A DNA stretch of 64,000 nt from Guillardia theta CCMP2712 (GCF_000315625.1 NW_005434582.1:62001-126000); one strand, 5' to 3'; counted from the stretch's first letter, positions 42,501 to 58,705 are shown. Made by a program: numbers and translations. Notes: a model not told the origin generated them from the sequence alone.

Positions 42501-42603
42501 GTGGGCCTTCCCTTCAGACGAGGACCTGAAGGAGGAGGAGATACTCAGGAAGGTGATCGAGCTGAAGAGGGAGGAGCTGAGGGCGCTGGAGCAGAGGCTG
42601 TAG
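39544..42603 (+). CDS. PTOX: Plastid terminal oxidase (PTOX) fused to a split cNMP-binding-like domain and 8 EF-hands; bipartite plastid targeting; intronless, ~1019 aa
   Basis: Signal MRDLLLLGFLSCLTGVSS-F plus basic transit; PTOX motifs RFWFLETVARMPYFSY, HFAEEWNEVQHL, ELIEFHAVDTY, DLYLFDEFQT..RRP, NIRDDELEHVKTM; EF loops DLDKSGSISPAE, DSNSDGEVQLEE, DKDGSGAIDARE, DSDGSGKIDIKE, DLNNDGEMDVQE, DKDESGAISVEE, DQDASKEISLEE. Confidence 0.93.
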   Translation: MRDLLLLGFLSCLTGVSSFTQPSLLSHARHFSLHRSIASRRGPPLKPAHVRTPCRLHTKTTMLLRQSAAELNAIAQELLAVGELEVGEVNSLIKLGKFGTSKSGAVLVREGQDVTVPLEERNVYLLLSGSAEVTRGGEVVSKLSSGEFIGESRFLEVETLEKLKVIKADFVEETFRSVDLDKSGSISPAELQTTAKARAGIELSLEQAEQIVAAVDSNSDGEVQLEEVKRAVAKMEGKEFIRDMFLMMDKDGSGAIDARELRAALEDKLGVQLNDEQATKLIEILSTGRDQLTLNQVMMLSQKMRESEVLERTFRLFDSDGSGKIDIKELGPLLAALGVQLSKEQVQVLVQSLDLNNDGEMDVQELKSGIARLQGNVVGRFGNVLRLFEAVAFGSQRGSQVSVTVKAGEGEEEAKFISWSIPELLEFFAKNPSTASKVKSIWAIKLAMKLKATTGLLSPSKPSSTPASSQQQQSEEGDPLTPAEGKPADYGYGSNFVYGRYGDLGPLRRAVPANLVRMAVWNFGREYRALRNAFRLGEVRELVNSVSGAGAWFRSKQALSRMLGECTEEERREKLAEIFKSIDKDESGAISVEELRVAIGELGVEATSKQVEGMLKVADQDASKEISLEEFSSLVNSLLKSGDKFDLIMKKKGWLPPPVAKFILFLTSLLGNVDEGVEEALKDNLRPVRGSEVPPEARRLQEKVARLVLDNDAVAKREEIRMEQLKVSLEKALKEEKSPAQQEFVQSLQLTATPALIMVPYTFLCWLIDVLFVNRPIQRFWFLETVARMPYFSYITMLTLYESLGWWRSSMDSRRVHFAEEWNEVQHLKIMEALGGDRSWFDRFMGRHAAIFYFIILNHIWLLSPSLAYNFSELIEFHAVDTYGEFVDANEELLKSLPPPQEAVEYYNSKDLYLFDEFQTGRTPKSRRPVIRSLYDVFCNIRDDELEHVKTMFQCQTSLQQIQSPNAQAAEMERKQEESVEGGMEGWAFPSDEDLKEEEILRKVIELKREELRALEQRL

Positions 42604-42849
42604 AGGATGTTTGATTGTTCCTCAAGTTCATTCGTGAACCGATTTTTCCCCTCATCGCCTCCACCAGGAAGTCTGCGAGCATTGTTACTGAGTACCCACT
42701 TCAAACCCACCCTCCCCTCTCTCCCTCCCCTCTCTCCCTCCCCTCCCTCCCTCCCTCCCTCCCTTCCCTCCCTCCCTCCCTCCCTCCTCTTCCTATCCCT
42801 TCCTTTCCTTTCTCCACTCCCTCCCTCAAATCTTCACGCTCCTCTCCTT

Positions 42850-48125
<5,276 letters not shown>

Positions 48126-49069
48126 GCGTGATAAACAAACTATCCCATCTACTAGCGCTTTGATCGTTATTATGGCTGGTCCATTCCTTACAAGCCAGAA
48201 AAGACACACAGTTTTCAAATCAAGTCAACAACTTCATCACCAATCCCTTGAACTTCATCATCGCCATCACCTCCTCCTCTACATAACAATCAGCATCGTC
48301 TCTTCTATCATCATTATCATGTTGAAACCGTTGCTGAGACTCGTGTTCGTTGCTATTTCAAACGGCAGCGTGATCACCGTCGCCATCGTCAACATACATC
48401 CCATGACGACTACGATTGGGACACAGCCCGTTGTTGAAAGCCTCTGCATGTTCTCATCCTATCCTAAGCATCTTGATCTTGCTACTCCTCTTCATCTTCA
48501 TCCTCCTCTCCCTCTCAGACCGCCATTCTCTTCTCTCCCCTCCTCTCCCCTCTCCCTCCTCCAAGTCATTCGTCACGTACCCGATCCCTGACATGTTGCG
48601 ATCCTAGAGCCCCACCACCCCACCCTGGTTTTGGTACACATTTCACCCCCTTTGCCCCTTTGACCCTACCCCCTCATGAAGTTCCCTACCGGTCATCACC
48701 TGTATGTCTGTTCAGCCACAATACCCACATGGACCTGACCACCCTGTCAGAAAAGCAGAAAACTCACAAATACCCCTCCTTTCTATCGATAAATTACCCG
48801 TACTAATACTACCCTCAAAAGTAAGATGTTTCAGAAACACGACCCCTGCGGAGACCCTCTGAAATTAAGTACCCTACCCAGTCCAAATGCATTTTACGAC
48901 CCCGCATCACCGGAATCCACCACCCCTACCCACCACTTACCTGCCCACCTTTCATAGTTCGAATGACCCTAAAAGTGTGAATATAAAAATTGGTATGATG
49001 CTCAAACTAATTTCATATTCTCATCTCTTATTTTCAAAATTAGGCACGGTCTTGGTTGAAACTGCTCAG

Positions 49070-49316
49070 GCACACGGCACCGCCGTCGGAGATCGGGGCG
49101 GACTCGGGCATCCGCCGCCGGCTAATGATCAATAACTCACCGTCACGGTCGGATCGCCGGCCGGGCCGGGCCGGGCCGCTCAGTGCGCGGCTGCCCGGGC
49201 TAGGGTCATTGCCGTGCGGCCGCCGGGGCCCCCTCCAACGGGTAAAAATTGAAAGGTGCGACGGTTCACTCTCCTGATTGTCCTCGTATTGATTTTTAAC
49301 TTAACATTGAGTAAAG
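49070..49316. repeat. GC-rich intergenic island with shared terminal motif
   Basis: actctcctgattgtcctcgtattgatttttaacttaacattgagtaaag at 49268-49316. Confidence 0.55.
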
Positions 49317-49638
49317 TTTCAGTAGATACTGATGAGTCAAGTGGTTGGAGTAAACTCAGGCGGATATAGGAGATACCAACCGTTGCGTTATTCCACAGAG
49401 TCACACTACTACTAAAGCAAGAGAACGCCACTGATGAGCCTGACAGCAAGCAGAACCCACTCGCCTCAGAGTCAAATACGAGGACAGCAAATTGGAAGGC
49501 AGCCCTGTACCTTGTCGTCAATCTACTGACTTCTCAACGCTGTGCGTCTTTTTAACAAAAGGATATGCTGACGACGTGACCAGTACATACGGGATTTTCC
49601 GTCGTCAGCCTCTTGGTCCCCCACACCCCCGTACCCTC

Positions 49639-50145
49639 ATGGTCCGCGATCCTTCAATTGTCTCCATCTGTCTCTTACGTTTCCTGCATTTGACCCTCGC
49701 CAGGCAGGTAGATCCTTGCTGACAAAAGATCTCATCGCTTCATATCCTGGCAGCGGAGTGTTCCGATCTTTACCACACCCTCCCCCGGGAACCAATAACT
49801 AGGACTTGCTCCCCTGCTCTCCTCACTCGCGATGTGCACTGGCCCAGTCCTCCCTCCCCGCTCCATCCGCTTCAAGGAGGACTGGCTGCCGGCTCCCAGC
49901 AGCAGGCCCTCGCTCAAGCGTTCGCTCAGACCCGTTGGCATATCCTGCAAGCCTGTCGTGAAGGCATCGGGAGAGGGAGAAGGAAGAAGGAGCTGCTTGA
50001 CGAACTTACTGGAGGCCAGGAGGAAGGCAACGGAGTGCAGCCAGGCTGCGGGGGATGTAGAGGCAGCATGACGCCATGGAGGAGGCACCGATGCCGGGTC
50101 ATGACGACACTTGTACTGTACAATAGGATGTTTGATAGAGGGTGA
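49639..50145 (+). CDS. Possible small hypothetical protein (ATG-only exon, then ISSLHILAAECSDL...)
   Basis: ATG|GT donor and ctgac..ag acceptor opening a long frame to 50145; no homology recognised. Confidence 0.25.
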
Positions 50146-50809
50146 TGTATGAATAATTTTTTTGGCTGTCATCTTGCAAGAGCGTGTGCGAAGAATATGC
50201 GAGAAGCAAACCGATGAGACAGCGACAACTGTAGTTCGATTAAGAAGCCAACCATCTGAGAAGCGCATGGCAGGATGAGAATGGGAGGATGTGATACACA
50301 CGATCAGCACATACCATTCCTGGCTGAACACTAGGGCGCTTTGATGGTACAGATCTTCGGGAGTGACAAGATCTGCGATATCCTCATGCTCATGTGATGT
50401 CGTATCTGTGACAGCATAGCACAACACAGTACATGTAACATCATAGAATATCGTAGTAAAGCTTGTGTGTGGGCTGGTTGTCCACCAACGAATAAATACT
50501 AAACAAGGTGAAACTTCACCTTATGCATCAACAACTTACAAGGCTTCTGAAACATCTTGACGCCACTCTGATCCAGAAGGCCCTTCTATTACACAAACGT
50601 CATGGTGGTTTTTTGTGGGGGGGAATTGTACAATGATGACTGATTGGTCGGGATCAACTTTGTGCTCTGCAGTCTTGACTCTACTGAGGGCCAACATCTA
50701 GTGACCATCCGTTCATCCATGGCCGCGACATGGCGACTTGTAGTATCATATCTTGGCTGGGCTGCTGAGGGTGAGTCGTTCAAGTGAACTTTGAAATCTT
50801 GTTGGAAAC

Positions 50810-51610
50810 CGTGTGGCATGGGGGCCGCGGCACCGCCGGTGGGCACCGTCCGATTTCCGAAGTTCCCCGGCCGTTCAGAGCTGCCTGGTGCCCCGGGCGT
50901 CGCCGCGAGTCGCGGCGACGGCGTACCTGCGGCACCTCAGCCTCATCCGACGGTCAGCCTGCCGTCAGCGGACAGGCCGCCCGCGGCGGCCCGGCGAGAA
51001 CCGTACTGAGCCTCGGAGTCACTGGCTCCGACACCGGGGCCGCCTCGGCGGGCCCTCCCGGCGGAGACTCTCAGAGGCGGCACTGACTCAGGCCCATGGC
51101 CACCGACACTGACCGTGACTCTCGCAGTGATGCCATGATGATCATGACGGATCACATGGCCGGCCGGATCATGATGGCACAGGCTGAACTTGGGCTGCCA
51201 GAGGGCCTCGGACTTGGGCGCGGCAAGGCTCAGCCCGGCACTGCGGCACTGGCCGACTAAGTTCAGTGCCGGGGGCCCGGGCCGCCCCGGTCCCGGGGTC
51301 AAACGGAACTTCGGAAGTTTCGGAAGTGACTCGGCAGTGGCCACGGTGAGAAACTGTCACGGGCCGTTGTGACTGTGACTGGCGTGACTGCCAACGGTTA
51401 CGCGCCGACTATTGTGAGTCGCAACTTCAATCAGATATGGGGTCAACTAAGTTCGTTCTTCCGAGTTCCTCTCTCTCTCTTCCCGGAGTCCGGGCCGCCC
51501 GGCCTTTCCTCCTCCTCTCTTACCGTCACTGACTCTCTCGTTCTTCTCTCTTCTCTTCAGTACGGTAGTGCCTGATGATCTTTCAAACTTGCGGACGGGC
51601 GCCGCGCGGC
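50810..51610. repeat. GC-rich intergenic island
   Basis: Same vocabulary as 4560-5495 (CCGG, ACTCAG, CATGATCATG, TTCCGAAGTTC twice). Confidence 0.5.
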
Positions 51611-52138
51611 GTGCCCCCATCCTTGCCCACATAGCGTTGTCGGGTCAAGGAACTTGCTGACAATTGGGATTTGTACCAGATCCAGGCATTTTCCAGTACA
51701 AAATTGTGTGTGAGTAAAAAATCGAAGGATTGGAAGGTTTGAAAATCCATTTCCAGCGCTGCAAGTTCAACGGCAACCGGGGGTAATTGAGAGCTTAGAT
51801 AAGTAAACAGTTGTTCCTATTGCCTTTGCATAGGATCACTTAGGCCCTTGTATAGTGGAGTAATGATTTGTACCAGAACCTGATGGGTAGGCGTGGTAGT
51901 ATTTCAAATGATTCGAACCCAACGGACGCGACAGGGGGGTGGGGGGTACAGGTCTTGGTCTGGTACTGTAATGGGTACCTTTTAAAATACATTTAGCAGA
52001 GGGGGTCTCCCTCCCCATCTCCCTGCCCTCCGCACTTGCGCATCCCTATCCTTCCCTGTCCATGAGTCTCAGACTCTCGTCAGACCTTCCCTGATGACCC
52101 TCAACTTTCTTTGACGCTTCTGTCTGCCTTGTCCTTCC

Positions 52139-53950
52139 TCAACTTGCTGGAAATTCAAACTCTGAAACCATGCCCATGAGTTGACAAGAACTGAGTTTCT
52201 CAGTTTGAATGCGGGAGGAAAGATGATTCATGGAATGAAACTCAGGTGTGCATATATCAAGCTGATGGATACGAGTCGTATAGCACTGGCAAATGACTGT
52301 CATTTTACTTCTCAATGATACAGCATCAAGAACTTGCTCTCGATCCATCAGTACTTGCAAAGGGTCATTTTTCAGACAGAACTTCGAGTTCATCTTTATT
52401 TTGCGTCGATCCACACGATGACATCTGTTTGATACACTATGTTTGATGAATAGCAAGAAAGCAAGGCTGAACTGTGCACCGCTTGACTGAATTTTCTACA
52501 ATACTCTTCAATTGTGTAAGAGAGCATGTCACATGTAATCATACCAGGCAAACAAGTCACAGTATCGCTCCAAACCGCGTTGTGCTTAAAACTGAGACTC
52601 TACATGAAGATGTTATCGGACTAGTCGAATGATGTACAACTTTATGGTGATACGTGGTTTAGAACTGTTGCAAAGCGGACATGGGAATATGTAGCGGCCT
52701 AGGTGATGTTTTCAACGTACTTCAATAAAACAAAGCCAAGTTGTTGCTAACAACATCATCATTTCTCCATGAGCCTGCATGACCTGATGTACATGTTAGA
52801 GAAGTCGATGCTCATTCATCAAAAGAGTGGTTAGACAAGAAATTGGTAGATGCTTCTGCGCAGCATTCTTGTGTATGTGGAATCGTGCACACTCACCGTC
52901 GTGTGGAAGTGTTTGCACATTCTTCTGCGCAAGTCTCATACATTGTCCTTATCATCTGGAATGGTTGACTTTTGCTGCAAGTAATATGAGCAGCGCAAAG
53001 TTGGCAAACTTATCCATATGGTTGGAATGCCGGCGATGCATTGCAGCCTGCATAGCACCTGAGCGCTTTGTTCCACTTATCGCTTGATTCCTTCCAAACA
53101 ATTGATGATATCGCAGCATGCAACTCGCATTGGCCCAAGGGTGTCAAGCGAGGAAAAGATCAGGATGATGGAAGGGCGAGAATGCAGCGAATAAGAGAAG
53201 CTGGTCAGGCTCAGTTTACTTTGTGTAAGAAAATGCCAATGCTTTGTACATGTTAGGTTACAAAGAAAGAGGCAAGAAAGCTCTGGTATGAGACTCGAGA
53301 AGAAAAATTTATTCAAAAGGGTATGTCCATTTTCGTCTGCATGATTCAATCGCATCCAACATCAATTAACTGCTCCTGATACCATGTCAGTCTAGTCACA
53401 ACAAAGATATCAGCACCTTGAAAATTTCTTGCTTCGACTCGAGGTGAAGGAAATGAACTATGATTTACAATGCTATAAGGGGTATCGTTTTGTCGCTCAA
53501 AGCGTCTTGATTGTAAGTCATGAAATAGAACACGACATGCAATCAATTTGCAAGTCATGCCTTCATGTGGTACCTCATCACTGCCATTTGATGAATGCAC
53601 TGGTATTCCTTGAAACTCTTTACATGCCTTGGCAATACTCTTGCATATTTGCTCAGACCGCCCTCAAGCCCGACTCTTTGCAGCAGATTCCTATGAAATA
53701 AGTATAGATCATGCTGTCTCCGTGACATGCTTCATGACTTCCTACTTATTGCTCATGAGAGTCAATGTCATCCATCGTACAGCGCCACTAGCGGACGGTC
53801 CGTGCGGAGTACTCCTTATTCAAGCTGCTAAAATCTATGATGATCAACCCTCTTTACATGTGTTTGCAATCACAGAGATGTTTTCAGACTGCTGCGCTCA
53901 CACCAGATTCTGCAGGGATTGCCTCTTCTTGTCCTCGTCTGAGCTCTCCT
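52139..53950 (-). CDS. Possible multi-exon ankyrin-like protein, unresolved, lower GC
   Basis: Fragments GADIFV, QLIDVGCD and LNHADENGHTLL resemble ankyrin linkers; no continuous model built. Confidence 0.25.
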
Positions 53951-54786
53951 GCTGCAGATGAGTCACGTCTGCGTAACATTCACTTGCTAACCTTGGATAT
54001 GCAACCAGGGAAGGGAAGGGGCAAGGCTTGAGAGCTCCCTCTGATCTACAAGGGTGGTCTATGTTGGTCGGAGGCAGGGTAGGGTCCAAAACTTGACCCC
54101 ATCGGAGAAGGGACTTTCACTGGGAAACAGGTGGGTCCAAAGCATCATAGTTTGAACAGGGGAGGTACCGCATAAACTATTTTGGTACCAGTTTTCCTAA
54201 CAGTACTCTATAAGTACCATAAAATTGGTACTGTTGGTACAAATATTTGCTACCAGGAAGTACCCTACCGCCTTAAACAGGTCCCAACCAATTTGAATCA
54301 GCTCCCAGCCGTCTGACCCACCCCAGACCCCAACTGCCATTTGCTATTCACATGTGTGGAAGGATACCCCCACAGAAAACTATTGGAAACCAGAGGGGTC
54401 AGTTGAGAGCGACAACGCTATGCAATCATGGCAGATACCCTTCTATCCTTTCAAGTGACTGAGTCTACTTCATAAATACTCTTACCCCAGAAGCCAATCA
54501 CCTACCTGCTCTTACCGTAGTACTTCGCTACAGCCGCTCATACATTCCGAAGTTCCGTCCGATCCGATCCGATCCGATCAGCCGGCCGGCTCACCGGCGG
54601 CGCGGCCCGCCCGGTCTGCCCGGGCCGCCCGCGGCCCGGCGGCCGGGCGCTCCGAGGTCGGGGGCCGCGCGCGACTCAGCCCGGCCGGCCCCTCTACAAA
54701 AACGCACGTGCACGAGCGCAGGGATCGGCGAGGAAGCGACCACATGGCCGCATGGCTTCTCGGTAGGTGACGCGCCGCCGCTCGTG

Positions 54787-56085
54787 ATGGCAGCCCCTCC
54801 GCAAGCCGCCTCTATGAGGGGCCATGACGATGGTGACCTTGGATGCCCGAGCGACGATGGGAGCTCGCGCCGAAGTGACAGACTGACGGCCAAGAAGTGG
54901 AGGGCAAGAGCATGGGCGCTAGGGAGGGTTATAGCGGAGACGGACAAACCTCAGGTTGTGAATCAAAGGATCTACTTCCCTCTCGAAGACTGTTTCCAGC
55001 AGCACATGCTCCTTTCGACGAAGAGATGGCGATGAGCCAGGTGAGATGAAGGATTCCTTTCCTCCTCCTTGTCCTTCTGGTTGTACGTGTGCCCGTGCTG
55101 TGTAAGAGGAGAGGAGGGGATGAAGCGGTTCTATACGGTCGAGACACTCGGATTATGCGGGAAAGATCTCAACACAGAATCGCAAGATAGATACCATGAG
55201 TGTGAGGCAGTAGGACCCTCGCGGATACTTCATGAGGCCGAGGGTTTTGAAATTGCTCCATACATTCTCATGAGCGATTCGGTTGCTGGTGCAGCTGTTG
55301 TTGCTGTCGTCGTTACAGTTGTTGTTTCTTGTTTCAATTCGTTGTTTTCTATGTTTGTCTTGTATCTGTGTCAGGCTCCGCGGGTTGCTCCCAATGAGGA
55401 TAAAAAAATCCAAGGCTTAATTACTGAGCGTTCGATGACGTTTCGATTTGACAAGCATATGTCTGAGGGATGCAACCCCGGAGCCTTGCTGTACTCTTGT
55501 TGCATATTCGAGGCGTGTAAGGCGTGTGAAAAATTATGACATGCCACGCAGGGGCGAGCAAGTCTGGTACAACATCCAAGTGAAAGAAAAGATCTTGGAG
55601 AACGCAGCCTGGTATCTCCTCCCCCTCCTTTCCTGGTATCTCCTGCCCACCTCCTCCTCTCCCCATCCCCACCTCCTTCCCTCCTTCAGTTCAGATCCCC
55701 TGCTCCGCTTGCTTTCCTGTGTTTGTTTTCTGCTCCCCTTCATGCATTCCCTTATGCCTCCTCTCCTTCCGCCCGATGCCGCTTACCGCGAGGCTGTCCG
55801 CTCGCCATGGTCAGTGTTCGAAAAGTGGCAGAGAAGGAAGTGACTGCGAGGGCACCTTCGCTACGCTTCCATCGTAGCCACAGGAATCTCGCGGCCCACA
55901 TGCTCCTTTGTGTGAACACCTTGTTCTTGCTTTTGCTCGTCCTCGTCCTCTTCCTCCTCCTCCTCCGCTGTTTGCTCACCGGATACCTCAGGGGCTATCC
56001 TGATCCTCGGCAAGGGCGAGAGAACATCAAAGGACATGTCACGTTCGCGACAGGCAAGGGCGTGAGAATAGAGACGGCAAGCTGA
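54787..56085 (+). CDS. DUF427 (NTP_transf_9) domain protein, candidate selenoprotein (exons 54787-55040, 55552-55611, 55992-56085; Sec TGA at 55033-55035; ~135 aa)
   Basis: GRVIAETDKPQVVNQRIYFP..HMLLSTKRWR-TGA-AR|GEQVWYNIQVKEKILENAAW|GYPDPRQGRENIKGHVTF..KGVRI matches DUF427 on both sides of the TGA; SECIS downstream. Confidence 0.85.
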
Positions 56086-56144
56086 GGATGATGAGAGAAT
56101 GCGAACAAACACTCCTAGAGTGCGTCGCATGCTTGAGATTCCTC
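56084..56144 (+). promoter_or_regulatory. Eukaryotic SECIS element (type II-like) in the 3' UTR
   Basis: Helix I GAGGA/UCCUC; AUGAG at 56091-56095 and UGAG at 56134-56137 form the quartet; 11-nt helix II AGAAUGCGAAC/GUCGCAUGCU; AAA at 56107-56109; mini-stem CACUC-CUA-GAGUG. Confidence 0.85.
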
Positions 56145-56304
56145 GAGACAGAGTTGTGAATGTGTAATATCGCTGTATCATCATGTAAGCTAGAGAAAGA
56201 AATGTATGATCTTGTAACAAACAAACATAAAGATAGATTAAATGTTGTGAGATAATGAATGAGAGTACACTGCAGAAGATTTCCAGAATTGCGCATCTTG
56301 CTTT

Positions 56305-58578
56305 TCACTGCTGGAATGCAGTGCTATTGCCATTATTCCAGTTCTGTCCGAAGATTCAGATTTCACAGACAACAAGGTTTGTATACTTTGAAGATAGAAA
56401 AGGCATGCAGAGGGATTGCAGGATGGGAGGCAAATGAAATCAAACAATAAGAATAAACAGAGAACGAGCAAAAGGAAAGGAAATGAAGGAAACAGCAGCA
56501 GGGGAGAGAGCAACATGCCGTGAGGATGGTTGCAATTGTGTGTGATTGATAAGAGTGATGATAGATATCCAGATGTTTCTTCTTCTCATGCTCTCACCTC
56601 TCTAGCCTCGTCACTTCCTTGCCCTCGGACCGAGTCGATGGTGGCGAAGGTTCCCCGGGCTGGCTGACTCTGAGCACCAGCAGCAGCAGCGGAGGAGGAG
56701 GAGGAGGAGGAGGAGGAGGAGGAGGAAGTATCCTCTTTGCTGTTGCTGGAGCCGAAGAGGAAGGAGAGGCCCCAGGCGATCCAGCCTTGCTTCTGCTGCT
56801 TCTGCTCCTCCTCCCGCTCAAGGACTATGAGCGCTGCGTTGGGGGTTAGACCCAGCTCCTTCCTGGTTGACCAGTCAATGGAAGGAGAGAAAGGAGGAAA
56901 GATTACATGGTCCTGTTGCTATGCTCCTTTCTCGTGAGCTCACGCTTGGGATAGGACTGAGAGGCGATCAGAGGCAAAGCAGGAGGAGGACAGGAGACAG
57001 GAAGGAGAGGAAAGAGATTGTACGAAGAAGATTGAGTTGAGAGGAGGCGAGGAGAGGGAAGAAGTGGAGAGGGAAGGAGAGAAGGAGGAAGATGGCAGGC
57101 AAACGAGGCAAAGGAAGCAAAGAAGGAAGGAAATAAGGAAAGGGCGCAAAAAGGAGACGACAGGAACAGGAGAGGGGAGGGAAAGGGAGGGGAGGGGAGG
57201 AGGAGAGGAGAGGAGAGAGGAAAGGACGGGAGGAGCACCTGTACAAAGATCAACTTCTTCTTGTCTGCCTCCACACTACCCGGCAGGTCCTGGACGAAAT
57301 CGAAGGCTCCTCCCAGCACTTCATCTGACAACAGCTGAGCGACTTGCTAACCCCAGCTGGTGCCCACCTGCTTCAAACTCTCGACGGACTGTCGAACCAT
57401 CGGCGAAACGAAACAGGAGGACGGCACAGGAGGACGAGGTCTGTCCGGTGCTCTTCTCCTCCGGCACGCTCGCTTGGGAGCTTGGCAAGGTTCAACTAGA
57501 TGAGGAGGAGGGGGAGGAGGAGGAGGAGGAGAAAGGAGGAGGAGAAAGGATGAGGAGGAGAAAGGAGGAGGAGGAGACCTGGAGGGTTCGGACAGTTTAG
57601 CTTTCTTGGTTTGATTCTCGTCCCTGCTCGCATCACTGAGATCAGAACAAGATACATCTCCATGCTGGAAGCAGAAGGAGCGGGGCGATGCAGAACACCT
57701 GTCCGCGTCATCTTGATTGTTCTTCTCCCTCATCTCCATCTGCCATGCCTCCCGTCATCTACAGCATCTCCACTCCTCCTCCCGCTCACCTTCTTACTCT
57801 CAACGCCCACCTCCTTCCTGTACCATGGCGGCGCGCACTCCAGCAAGCACTCGATCATCTGGGGACGAGGACAGGCATGTTCAGCAAGCATCCTCATCAT
57901 CTACTTCCTCCCACCATCGTGTCGCCGATCTTGACGTCATGGGTCTCGCACAGAGTCTTCATAATACCTCCATCCTTGTCCACCATCTGCAGCTCGTCTC
58001 AATCTTCTTGATATTGTCGCGTCCACAACAGACCTGAATGGTCGGAGTATGATCCACTTGCGTTGCCTGCCTCTCCCCTTCACTCAAGGTCTTCTCCTCC
58101 TCCTCCTCCTCCTCCTCCTCCTCCTCCTCTCCTCCTCCTCCTCTCCCTCTTCCTCCTCCTCCTCCTCCTCCTCCTCGACCACCACCTTCATTCTGCTCTC
58201 ATCCTCCTTCGCCTCCTCTCCACCAGCCGCTCCTCCTCCTCACCTTTGCATACTTCCCTCCCTCGCTGGTGTCGACATTCAGTCGTACTGCGACTACACA
58301 CCTGCACCATCACCATATTCAGCGCCATGTCGTCGCAGCATGTCGATCAGGAGAGTCTTGCTTCACCTTTCCATGATCTTGACGATGTCCTGGTTGCTCC
58401 ACAGAGTCTCCTCCATGCGCTCTACAGCCTCGTCGTCGAAGTCGCCATGGAGCAGAGCAAGAACAATCTTGTCCTCCTGCATCACGTACATCACCCTGTC
58501 GTCTGACCCGCTCGCTCTGACCTGGCCTGCGCACTCGAGCGCCTCGCTGAGACTATCTTTGAAGGAGATGGCGGACAT
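56305..58578 (-). CDS. UBXN4: UBX domain protein, UBXN4/erasin-like, multi-exon
   Basis: N-terminal FKDSLSEAL..LALLHGD..; UBX (RFADGSTVRREF, SYPKREL, ELGLTPNAALIV); hydrophobic GWIAWGLSFLFG; C-terminal NWNNGNSTAFQQ*. Confidence 0.78.
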
Positions 58579-58605
58579 CTGGCAACAGCATCAGCATGCG
58601 AGGCA

Positions 58606-58705
58606 GAAAACGAGCGAATACGAGCATGCCGGGGGAGAGGAAGGAAGCCTCGCTCGTTCGCTGGTTCCTTCCCCTCCCTCGGCATGCTCGTATTGGCTCG
58701 TTTTC
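58606..58705. repeat. 41-bp inverted repeat with 18-nt loop (hairpin), abutting an N gap
   Basis: 58606-58646 vs 58665-58705, 3 differences. Confidence 0.85.

Noticed and set aside
49729-50145. Possible fifth member of the small inverted-pair family
   Set aside because: Only compositional resemblance; the RRLLQSSLEEEG..YNAY motif is absent
54784-55035. Reading the DUF427 locus as an 83-aa protein or a nonsense pseudogene
   Set aside because: Downstream exons are intact, the TGA aligns with the conserved Cys, and a SECIS is present
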